Source: Tubiluchus corallicola
Lineage: Eukaryota > Animalia > Priapulida
Assembly: GCA_030141605.1 (NCBI GenBank)
Contig: JAQGDQ010000134.1
Location: 248,001-312,000, forward strand
DNA length: 64,000 bases
Direction of reading: 5' to 3'
This document shows, one piece after another, positions 1 to 11,935 of the stretch (positions are counted from its first letter, which is position 1; each line of letters starts with the position of its first letter). Under the pieces are notes generated by a model, which did not search any database, was not told the origin of the DNA, and saw only the letters and a list, made by a program, of their open reading frames with translations. The translations under genes and the position numbers were made by a program.

Positions 1-2210
1 TTCCTGAGAAAATAGAAACTGCAGAAACAAAGTGTATTTCACATTTCTGTTCATCTTTTACTGACTTACTGTTGTATCTTTCCACATAAAATTACTGAAC
101 AGCTAATTTTATAAAAAATAACATGTTTATTAACATTAGCAATAACTAAACATTGCAGACACAAAATGAAAAATGTACTGTTGCACTGAATTTTAGTAGT
201 TAATCACAAACAAGGTGTTTCGCATTTTTAACACAATTTCAAAATCTTAATGTTTTTGTTTAATGAATACATAAGTAATGGCAAGCTAGGCTCACAGATT
301 TTTATCAAATTTTTACCAAAGGTTGTTAGCATGGATAAACACAACTTACTTTTGGAAGCAGTGTTTGGAAGACTCGTCCTGAAATGCACATAAATTGTGA
401 AAACGTGCTTCGAAAGTATCAACTTTTGCTCTTCAAATTAGCTGGCACTTAACGATATCATTAATTAGATTATGACTGTGAATACCTAGAATATTCTGTA
501 ATTAATGCTTCAAAAGTATAAAAAATTATATATTCTTAGAAGAAAAAGATGTAGTAAAACAAACATGTAGGAAAAATTTACAGTAAAAGTAGCTAGGTGT
601 TTGTAAACAAAGTTAAACAAATTGAACTACTTCGCACATTAAGAGAAGGTTTGTTAGGGTACAAAGAGTAACTTTTTTTTATTGATAGATCCCAGCTATA
701 TGTAACGTTGGCTTTTTGCTGTACAAAAAATTAGGCTTTCTATAAACATTATACAGTGTAAACGTATATAAATAACTTCTAATTATATCAATATTCAATA
801 ATAATAATAATTGTCAACTATAGATGTTAAACAAAATAATTGCAATAAACACAGTGCATTTAAAAAAAGTAGTGTTCATGGTTGTGCCCTAGTTAAAATG
901 CATCGCAAAAAATTCTGGTGAAGTGCATTTTATTGTGCATATTGGTTTGCATTTTTAAACCCTGGGATAACTCAGGTGACAAGAATGATGATGATGCAAG
1001 TGATACAATTATGGTAATAGCTATAATAGGCTACGGAATAATGATTAAATAAAATTGACAAAATAACATTACTAACTGTATTTACAATAACAAAACAACA
1101 ATCGGTAACTGTCTCATTTCACCACAAAAATCAATAATTCCTATACAAAATGTAAATCAGGAATTTAAAGCATGTATCATACATGTACTAAAACATTATA
1201 CACATGTGCATATTACTGAGGCAGTCAAATAGTTATACATGTGCATGGCTTATTGCTCAATAAGAATGTTAAAACTGTAGAGATTTCAAACCAAAACAGT
1301 AATGGTAACACTACACAGAACATTTTGTTCGGCTTACAAAACTTAAGGGCTATTAAATAAATTCAAATGTACAAAAATACCCATTTGCAAGAACGCACAT
1401 GATTTAGAAAGATAAACAAAACAGATTTCGGAGCTAACAGCTATAAGGTACATTACACTATAAGATACATTAACATTGGTCAATCGTAATTTTTGTATTT
1501 GACAGGATAGCTAATGTTGTAAGTATTTCTTGCTTAACAGTTATTTTCCTAAATATGTGGTGCCATCAGTTGTAAAGAAGACAAAGCATCATTGCAAACA
1601 GCACCTTGGAAATTTTCTGAGGTAATTTGGCTAGCAAAAAAAAATCAATAAATGTGCATTTTAGCCTACAGCTTAGCCTACATTATCAAAATATTTTGAA
1701 ATGATATTTTTATCTAGTAATGTGGCATCCACATATTATTTACCGATCTGCAATAAAAATGCTTTACATGGGTAATGCATGACAATATAAATTTGGAAAA
1801 TATACAATAACTCAAAATATAAAAAATTACAACTGTAACTTATCACACATTTTTTACTATTGTTGCATTAGGATAGTTCTAAATGACATCTACTTCTCAT
1901 TATATTATACTACTATAACTAGTATTAACAGAAATGCTTGTAAAAAACATTACAACATAACAATTCCACATTCAAAACCAACTGCAAAATTTAACCTTGA
2001 ATTAAAAAAAATAGTCGTGTCTCTGGAAACCAAAAAAAATCATTGTGGATTAAAAAATTCCAGTTCCATGACTACAATATATTCGAAAAAGCATTCTAAA
2101 GGTTGAAATACACCGTTAACGGTGTTAGCTAGATGAAAATTAAAGCTGAATTCCATATATAGTTGGGGATTGCATCATGAAATTTTGAAAAACCACCAAA
2201 AGCACTGGTT

Positions 2211-2387
2211 CTACGTTTGGTTACTTCCATCTGCGTCTTCTCCAGTACTACTGCCATATTCCGGTATCGGAGAAAACTCCTTTATCACCAGTGGAGCCGA
2301 CTCGTCATCGGTGGTGTATGCGCTACCCGGGTACGAACGATTGGGGACGGAATGACTTTGAGATAGCCATAAACTCTTGTGTGAAAG
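2211..2387 (-). CDS. Candidate alternative terminal coding exon of the CNNM-like gene (isoform B, 58 aa + stop)
   Basis: Acceptor TTTCTGCACTAG, then a phase-0 open frame LSHKSLWLSQSHSVPNRSYPGSAYTTDDESAPLVIKEFSPIPEYGSSTGEDADGSNQT-TAG. It is a GC-richer island in AT-rich flank, and its phase matches the donor after exon 4451-4326. Confidence 0.6.
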   Translation of the reverse strand, partial: LSHKSLWLSQSHSVPNRSYPGSAYTTDDESAPLVIKEFSPIPEYGSSTGEDADGSNQT

Positions 2388-3147
2388 CTAGTGCAGAAAT
2401 ACAGAAACGAATATTAAACAGAAGATAGCCAAATTATAGGAACATGCAAGCAAAGGAGAAGAAAACAAAATAGCGTGCTGTATAATTAGCCTAAGTGCTC
2501 TTTAGTGTGAAATGTAGTTTTTAAAATCGGTGCAAAGGTTTCAATTTCGAAAATCTCCAAACAGGAGTGGCAGGAACATCATGCATGCAAAAGACAGCAG
2601 AGAAAGGTTATATTCCAGTGCCATCTGCAGAAAAAAATCCAACTTTAAAAGTATGGATAGAATCTGTTGTCCTAATTAAGGACTCAGCAAAATATAGGTG
2701 CTGCATGAGCAATGAAACAGCCTTCAGTTCCAGTCTAAACCTTAAGTCCTTTTGAAAAAAAACGATTTTTATTTGCAAAAACAATTTTGTAATTACAACA
2801 AAAGTTCGGCTGCATTGGTATAATGTTAATAGTTACAATTGAAAAGACACGATTTAGACTTTTGAGAACATCGCAAAAGCATTTTTGACATAGATAATCA
2901 GGTTATAAGGTTTGTCAGACTAAGAGGAATGTGATGATATCAACATTTTATACCAACCATTCGTTGTTTTGGCATGATTCAAACTAACCATATCAAAACA
3001 AAAAGTTAAGCTCTTTATAACGGATTTAGGGTTTATGCAAGCAGAAAATAGATACAAGGGAGGCTCCATGCTCCGCAACTGCAAAAACGTTAGTATAGCC
3101 AAAACAAAAAAAGCATGCACTGCAAAATTTCTAACACTTTAGTGCAG

Positions 3148-6100
3148 TTATGTTGTATCATGAAGTAAGGGAGTTCGATCACTGCTATCTCCGAATCCGG
3201 AGTCCCGTTGTATTCCAGGTGCTGAAAATGTGATAGGATTACCGCCATGGCTCATGACTGACGTGTTTGTTACGTTACGGCTCATTGGCCCGGTCAGTCT
3301 AGCTGAGGATAGGATGGACTGCAGGTTAGTGGTTGAAATCTGAAAAGTAAGTTGGCCATCCTTAAGCTTTTAAAGTTAAAATTAAAAAAAAAGTTAAATA
3401 AGAAATGGCACGAAATACAGTGTTCAATGAAAACCACAGATGTGTTGTTTACTTAAAAAATATGGTGTTGTAAAACACAAAATACACTGTTGATTTCAGC
3501 TGGGCCTTTGAATGCAGTCCGTTTATAGAAACACTCGAAAATTTTACTGTTTAACCACAAAAACCTCTTGAATTGTTTGGAGTCATACTTGGTTATTCAT
3601 TTTATTTCAGACATGGCTAGATGCTACTTAACATGCCTATTTTACTGGTATTTAATGTGTGGGTCGTGATTCAAGGCAAACTGAATTTTTGTCACAGTGT
3701 TAGACGTAAATGCGATTTCTTGGAGAATCGACAAACTGACATTATGGTGTGGCACAAAGGCAAAATAGGACCCTACACTTGTTTTCTATAATACAGATCA
3801 GATAATGCTGTATTAATAAAGCTTATCACACTGCAAATTTGCAGCTGCACTGTTAATCACATGCTGCATTCATGCTTTGGGCACAGCTGCAAGTGCAAAA
3901 GCAACAGGTCTGAAACAGCGACAGCACACTCAAATTTTTCAAGATGCAATTACAACATCTGCAATGTTTTTATATAAACACACACACAAACACACAAATG
4001 TAAGTACAAAAACATTTATAAAAGAGTTTGTTTCATCACAATGATACTATTTTCTTTTTCACATTTTGTCTTTATTCTGTGATAAAATAAAGATGCTTAC
4101 TGATCAACAAACACTTACTGATTTTCTGCAGAGCAACTTCACCAACTGCTGGATTGGGTAGAAAATATCGCGTAGGTAAGTTCTACATTTGGTATAAAGT
4201 CAGCTGCTAGGACGTAACTTTCAATTTAGAACTTCCATAAAATTATGGCCATACAGGTTATGGCTTGAGTTAACATACTGGTACGTAAAACTGTGTAAAG
4301 GCTAATTACAATAGAGATATATTACCTGTCTAACAAAGGACCTTGCGACACGGATGCGCCTATGCACATCAATAAATACATCATCTTCATCAACTATCTC
4401 TTCCTGTATCAACTCTTCGATAACATCTTCAAGGGTTATGATTCCAACAACCTAAGAAAACAGCAAATCAAAACAATATGATCTTTTGACGCAGTAATAT
4501 ATGTACCATAGGTGAAACACAGCATCGACAAACATAAACAAAAAGGCACAAATCACTTTCAATACATTTTTTGAATTTTATAAGGCTAGTTAGGATGCAA
4601 AAAACAAAATACACAGTAGAAACTCTACAAAAGGAAAATTTTGGCGAAGCTCAAAAACTTCTTACGTTTTAATGCTTAATTATTTCCTTAACGAGCAATT
4701 TTACTTAATTAGTGGGTTTTCGTTCCTACAGTCTCATAAAACAGTTTTACTTGTTTGTAAAAAATTCTGCTTCACCTTATAGATACAAAACAGAGTTATA
4801 ATATATAAAGTTTGATTACACTTATGATTTCTGTGAGTGATAAGACACAGTTTGCGCTTAAGTAAATGATCATGGGGGTATGTGTATATTAAACCAAAGC
4901 AATTATTCCAAATCTTCAAATAGCGAACATATAAAAAGTATTACATTTACAGATCACTGAATACCCAATCTGCTATAATAAAAATATTATTGTCTACACG
5001 GCAACAAATGGGCAAACATCTAACATTATGGCAAAAACTCTCAAAAACTAAATTTACGCCAAATAACTTATCGAGAAAACATAAAAAAGAAAATGTGGAA
5101 AAGACAAATAATGCGATTGTGTACATTAAGTAAAAAAACTAAAAAATTACACTACTGAGATTCAAGCCTGAACTTGGTAGCTATGAGAAGCCATGTATAT
5201 TACATATAGATGTGCAATTAAAATCATTAAAAAACATACCTCTCTGGGTTTGTCACTCTCTAAACCGGAGCCTGGATCATCAGAAGTATACGGTGTCCGC
5301 TCCACTACAGCAAGATGGCATTTTCCCAACTGAAACTCGTTGAGTAGATCATACAACGGAGTGATACTTTTGACGAATGGAGCTTTGCGAAATGCCCTAA
5401 AACAGAAAGCTAATTTGACCACAAAACAAATAAATTAAATTATATATCATAGATATTAAAGCAACACATAATCTAATTGACTTCCACCATGTGGGAAAAA
5501 TTTAGAAAAGGTAGTAAAAAGTAATTAAAACTCAAGCTTTGGTGGAACAAAACTTTGCACTGACAAGAACCTGTCTAGCACCATAGTTTTTAATCATCGC
5601 TCAAGTTTAGTCAAAAATATTAATGTTTCTAGTTATAAGTGTAATATAAAGGAGTTTGTATGTTTCCTCTTCGTACTTAATTGAGCGTATGCAATGCTGT
5701 GCATATGTCCCCCACACTAGTTATAATAAACATTTGCTAATAAATTTTTCTCATCTATTTAAAAGCATAAAAGTATGCAGGCTCTTACCTATGTATATTG
5801 GAATTAACCACATCGCGCAGTGAGATGGGCGTGTCCAAGTCGTACAGCAAAAGTCGTTTTACGAGAACAATGCCCAAAATGTTCTGCTTGCTCTTTTCGT
5901 ACACTGGAATGCGAGAATGACCTTTGTTTAAAATCTGTAAAAAAAGAATTGCAACTTTATAAAATTAGCTAGGTGATTAATAAATTAATAATTAATCATG
6001 CATACGTTGACAGGCTGTCAAAGAAAATGGAAAACCAGCAACATTCTAGTAAGCTTGTTATACTTAATTTTTATGAACAACTATTACATTTACACATGTT

Positions 6101-9100
6101 AAACTATATTTTAAAACCAGAATGGCACTCAATAGAATGACCTCTGTTACAACCTTTAGAGTGTAATTTACTAAACTAATAGCCACTTAAGTTACAAAAT
6201 AATCAATTGTTCTGTCATATTATTCTAAATATAAATTATATAAATATAAATAACAAATTATTATTATTATTAATTTATGACTCTTACATTGTGTAAATTT
6301 TCTGCAGTGCTGTATTGTGATGTCACACAGATTCTTGCATTACAAGCCTATACTTAATAAAAATTGATTTACGCTCACAATTATTTATCGACCATTGCCA
6401 AAATTGAAAGCATTCTTCCCTGCCCCATGCCCCCAGAAAGCTCCTTGATAACCAGTGAAATAATTCTCATGTAATATTATTAACAAACACATTAGTAAAC
6501 CAATTAAAACATAACCTCCTTGGCGGAGGTAACAATGTCTTGTCAGTAACATAAGGAAACTATGTAATACCTTAAATCACAAAAGTTAAGAAACATGGCT
6601 TAGTTACATAAAAATGAATAAGAAGATCGTAGGAAAACACGAATGATATTTACTTTTCTCATGCTACCCCGATTTAACATTTCATCGGTGCTAATCATGA
6701 ATACACTTGCTAGAGGCACCATAGCATCTTGCACCGTCTTGTCCTTCATTTGCAAAGCACCCTGTAAAAAGTTATAGTTAATAATAAAAACAAAGATGGA
6801 AGAGCAAAAAAATCTATAAAATTACTACACCTGACTAAACGTCATAAATTGTGTAACTATTTCTGCACATTCTACAGCCAGGCAAAGTAACATACACAAA
6901 CGCTTATATATTATTCGTTTCTCTGTCCTCGAAGATACCGTTTTCTTAAGGAAGTTGACATTGAGTAGGCATGCTGGAACATGCTCTTGACACAAAAAAC
7001 TCAGCCATAAAGATAAAAAGAAAGATATGTTTTGTAGACTTATTGCTAAGCTAAGAAGAGACATTTTGCATTAGCCAAAATGCTTACACATACAACTATA
7101 TTACATAACCATGGCAAAAAACAATCATAACAATAAGCAAAATTCATCATAAATTTAGAGAAAGCAAGCTGTGATGGATGAAACATTTGCATAAGCAACT
7201 GAAGTAATAAGTTCTATACACCTGCTTTATTTACATGTAGCACAAGTTTACAACATACAGCATTCCTAATGTGCGACATTTAGAACTAATTATATCTCAT
7301 AAGCACATAAATAAGCACATTGTATTTATTAACCCTAATAAACACATTACGAATTTACCTTAATAATAAGTATCTCATCTGATGATAGTGGCTCCTCATT
7401 TTCCTCGTGACTTGCGCCGTGAAGGTCCACCAACACTCCGAGTTCTGAACGGCGAAAGAAAGTCGGATGTTCTTTTCCCAGCAAACAATCCAGTAGCTTT
7501 GACAATGGCCAAGATACGATTACAAAAAGAGCCATCAGCAGATATACGAGTCTATATATATATATATATATAAAAAGAAATAATAATCGAGTTCATGCTT
7601 TAAAATGTAAGTTATATGAAAGACTATAATAAAATGACAAACAGTTTTTGTAATGGGCTGGTCATAAAACAGCTTCTCATAAGAAATTTATGAACAAACA
7701 GTGATACAATACTAAAAAACTTTTAGTAAGACTCTTTTTTGCAATATACTTTTTAAATAAACTATATTTGGTTAACCTACTTGATTCTAATTTGTACTTA
7801 CGGTGACAGAAAAGCACCGATTGCTAAACCATACCGGCTGCACAATGCCTGAGGAAAAACCCTATAACAAAATGATAAGGCGTTACCAAAAAAAAAATCG
7901 TAATTATAAGTGATTCTACCTTTAATTGTTACACAAAAAATTAAATATATTGTTAACGATTACAGAGCTACTAAACACACATTTTACATTTAGCCAGTTT
8001 ATTTATAGTTTCAAGGCTTTTCCTATGAGATGAGATACTGAACCAGCAGAGGTGTCATAGCATAAAACCGCCCAGAGCAAGTATTGAAACCAGTGATCAC
8101 CCAATCACTTGCTGGCCAGCCTCTGCAACTTCAACTGCAAAGTACAACTTTTAACAACTCGGCTAATCCCTCGCCTGAAATTATCAGTAAATTCATTATT
8201 ATGTATTTTTTGATTATTGTATGAATGTTAAGCTAACAATTATGCACTGCAGATTTGGCACGAGTGTTATTAACATAATAATTACTGTCAGTATCAAAAA
8301 TGATAAGTACTGCAGATCACTGAAAAAGTAAAGAATAGCACACAAACATGGATAAATATTTCCTAAAACAGCGCAACTTTATACAGCAAAAACAAATTTT
8401 GTATAAGTATTGCTACAAACACTTTTAGTGCAGCACCTTTAGTTTAAAAGCACTGAAAATTCCATAGACCTACACATTCAACTTGGTAAGGTGCCTCACT
8501 TAAAAATGTCAACTTCAAATAAGGAAATTGCAAATATGATAAATACAAAATAGCAAGTCAACACACATTCAAAAAACATTGTAAAGCATATCTTGAACAA
8601 AATGTAACTCACTCTCCAAACAACAACACAGCTGTAACGGATATTGCGATAGCCGTAATGGGATCCGATATCCTGTCCAAGAAAATGGGCATGGATTCCA
8701 CGGCAACGGCATTGGCTAACAACAAAGTGACGAGCAACAAGTGGTGACGCTTGACGAGGGGATAAATGCGGTTAGCATACTTTTGCTCGTTTGGCTTTCC
8801 GCTTTCTTGTAAAATCTGTAAAAACACGAGAAACGTTATCTAAATAGAGTTAAAAGAGAAAGAACGCAAACAAGACGAAGAAGTTTATGTGACTAAATAA
8901 CATATATAAATAAATAAATTCTTTATACTCTGAAAACCACAGGAATTTTGTAACATATCACAAAGTACCACAAACATAGAAAACAACATCAACATGTAAT
9001 ATTAAAAAAATATGTAGTCTAAAACAACATCGAAAATTTCAACATTATGAATTTCATAAGAAACCACTTAAAATAGAAATGTTCAAAAAACCTTGTTTGT

Positions 9101-11678
9101 ACTAGTTAGCAGACATAACTACTGGTGTAGAGCTACCAGTTTTTTACATTTTTATGAAGATATCTGGGTAAGTCCGTAATTGGAGGACATAACTGTCCTC
9201 AAAAGTTCTAGTTATATAATTCATCAATTTCTTTCCACTTTTCATGGTGATTTCACAAGCTTTGCTTCTTAAAGACAATGCAGCAACTATTTCTGATTGA
9301 TAAGCAGTATATAGTTAAGTAATGATATTAATGTAGCTCTGTAACCATATATGTAAAAAAATTTCTAACTATAGCACATAATAGTTCGGTAACAATAACA
9401 AGAATTGTAATATAAAACATACCCAAAATTATGTAATGATGAAGTCTATAATAAATTACAAAAATAAACTACAATTACAAATTGGTGAAATTCAGTACAG
9501 AAACAGTTAAACTTGCTTTCATTAAAAAGCAAAAACAAAGTGAAAGATTTGTTAGTGACAAAGAACTATAACAAGCCTAAGCACTGGAATCCAGCCGCAA
9601 TCAAACTTTCACGTTTTCCCAGCTAACATAATACGAATCCTTTGCTTTGCAAATTGGCATGTAAATTAGATAATTTCAGCAGAAAGTCCTGGGCAGTACT
9701 AAATCCTAGACGTAACTTGCAAAGAAAACGGGTAAATATAAAACCCTCATAGCTAATTGCATATAGAAAATTAACAGATCGTTATAGCTCAATGACGGGG
9801 TGCTCACCGCAACCCACTAGGTTGCAGGTTCACCTCCGAAAAAATTGTAATACCAAAAACTTAAAAATGGCGCTGCTGGTTCTTCGATCAAGAATGTGGG
9901 TTTATCGAAGTCATATGCTGTAAGAATAATCCGGACCAACTTGGAAATAAATATTATCATTACCATTATCATTACTACTACTGCTACTGCTACCGCTACT
10001 ACTACTATTATGTATATATATAACTTATTAAGGTTTACCTTCAGCTGCATGGTATCAAGAGAAAGCAATCCAAGAGTCAAGCCTGACATCAACCCTGTAA
10101 TTGAAAATGAAACTGAAACGTGATATAAATTAAACGCATAACAGTGTTAGGACAATTTTCACTAAATTTGAGCATTTCCAATTTCTAATTTACATTCTAT
10201 GTACAATAGTTAACAATTTTCGTGCCACTGTATAGAACTTTAGTGCGGCACAAACTTAAATATACAGCAGTTGTATGGTCATCACAGTATGTCACACTTA
10301 GAAATCTGCTTCAACAGGTTCAAAGGCAGTGCCTTCATATTATAAAAGACCATCAAGGCGAGGCTGTCACTGCTTTACACCTGAGACATGTGATGGCTAT
10401 CCTCATCCACTATTGCAAGACCTTAAATGATCAATTATGAACTATATGAGGACAATTGCAGAAACTGTTCAAGGTTTTCATTATACAAACATAAGGGGCC
10501 ATTTCTTCGCTGAAAGAGTTATTCAATGTTGGAATGCCATGACAAACAATTACAGTTATTGCCCCTAATGCTAAATTTTCAAGTGCAAATTGAAGGTCAC
10601 TAGGCAAGTTGAGCAATTAAACTTTAAAAGAGTAAGAATTAACAAAATAAAATCATTTTTCTCAACATATAAAATCATTAATCATATGCTTGTGAAGCTA
10701 TCTATGCAGAATCGTCCTGGCTAATGAATATATACTATACTGAACCATAATGCCCACTTTCCATGACTGTGACACATGAGTTACTGAACATGAATCCACT
10801 GAAGATCCCTACAATTACGTTGGTCACGGGCCTATTGCCAAAATTGTTTATCTTGTTTCTGTATTTTATTTAATTTACTCTATCAGTAATGCTTCAACGG
10901 GAATTTTATTGTCTTAACATAATTTGACTTGTTGCTTTGCTGAAATGTTTAATATTTTTGACATTTCTGCTTGCTCTGCTACCAATATTTTTAACAACAT
11001 TCATATTTTGTTGCCTTTTTATTACTTTATTACATCTTGACATGCTGCTTTGCTGAATTATTTAATATTTTTAATAACGTTTTGCTACCTTTGCCACTAT
11101 TAAGAATTATTCTGCAATCATAAAAGCACAGTACCACTTATTATTAATCCTGTCCAAAATATTATTAATAATTAAATTTTCTTGTGGGTAAATACATCTT
11201 ATAAAAAGCAATTTGTCTCTCTCTAAATGCTACTAACACCCTTTTTTATTTCCATTGGCAGTATTATTTGATTTTTAATGCGTAGTTACCAAAGGTGACC
11301 CAGTTGTCTTTCACCGCTATGCCTCATTTTATTAACTTCTACCGTGAAGTAAGCATATTTAGGCAAACTCACTGAATTGCATAAGGCAATAAAGTTAAAT
11401 AATAAACAAAACCAATTTATTCACCAACTGGTCTACCAATAACTGTGATTATGAGAATCCGAATACGTAGTCATCATCAAAGCAATATGTGTTTTCTGCT
11501 TAACATTAGTACCTGCAAATAACACTAGACCAACATAAACGCCAAGATAAATCCAAAACAATGTGTCTTGCCATGATAAGGCCGCCTCCTTTTCCGAATA
11601 AATTATTCCACTGCAGTTTAATTCATTCGATTCTTTAATAAGATAGCATAAAACTTCCGTTTCACTGGGTGTCGCCAT
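3148..11678 (-). CDS. CNNM: CNNM/CorB-family DUF21 + CBS-pair metal (Mg2+) transporter-like protein, short form without CNBH domain, ~468 aa (isoform A)
   Basis: Exons (minus) 11678-11513, 10094-10039, 8815-8613, 7861-7802, 7551-7359, 6761-6654, 5934-5789, 5396-5240, 4451-4326, 3339-3148; all GT-AG with consistent phases. DUF21 motifs: [67 protein letters not shown] motifs: [45 protein letters not shown]. Confidence 0.92.
4119..4148 (-). CDS. Candidate 27/30-nt cassette micro-exon of the CNNM-like gene ((Q)LVKLLCRKS)
   Basis: TTTTCTACCCAATCCAG-CAG tandem acceptor, phase 0-0, strong GTAAGT donor. Confidence 0.4.
6508..6532 (+). mobile_element. Helentron/DINE-like terminal palindrome remnant
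   Basis: AACATAACCTCCTTGGCGGAGGTAA contains an ACCTCC/GGAGGT hairpin, resembling the ends of common non-autonomous Helentron-type repeats. Confidence 0.4.
9782..9955 (+). mobile_element. Degenerate tRNA-derived SINE (same family as 49919-50161)
   Basis: A box TAGCTCAATGA, B-box-like GGTTCACCTCC, core TACCAAAAACTTAAAAATGGCGCTGCTGG, 3' part GGACCAACTTGGAAATAA shared with the 49.9-kb copy. Confidence 0.55.
10222..10590 (+). mobile_element. CR1/L2-group LINE 3' fragment in a CNNM intron
   Basis: [20 protein letters not shown]...LLQQVQR matches the LY..LVRP.LEY...VW.P...LE.VQR post-RT motif; later [12 protein letters not shown] matches the F..RV...WN 3' motif; contains stops and frameshifts. Confidence 0.7.
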
Positions 11679-11935
11679 GTTAAATGAGGGTTAATAAAAT
11701 AGGAGATAACAGATTTCTTAGTAATAAATAATAAGACTAAAAATAATAATAAGTAAACGACAAAATTATTTAACTAAAAGTTTTTGATAAAAATTAGAAA
11801 TTTTTTTAACTCATTTATTTTTTTTGCATATCCTGTTCAAATTTATTTTTGCCTTTTAAATGTGTTTAACCCATTCCCATCGTCTATCCAAAATCGGTCT
11901 CTGGTGACTGTTGTTATGGGCACAAATGTAAACTA
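11679..11935. promoter_or_regulatory. Probable bidirectional promoter between CNNM-like and PPIL6, with RFX X-box-like motifs
   Basis: Start codons diverge 257 bp apart. GTCTCTGGTGAC (11897-11908) and GTTGTTATGGGCAC (11910-11923) resemble X-boxes just upstream of the PPIL6 ATG. Confidence 0.5.

Noticed and set aside
5683-5722. Helitron 3' end (hairpin + CTAG-T)
   Set aside because: Weak hairpin and no identifiable 5' TC end; insufficient support.
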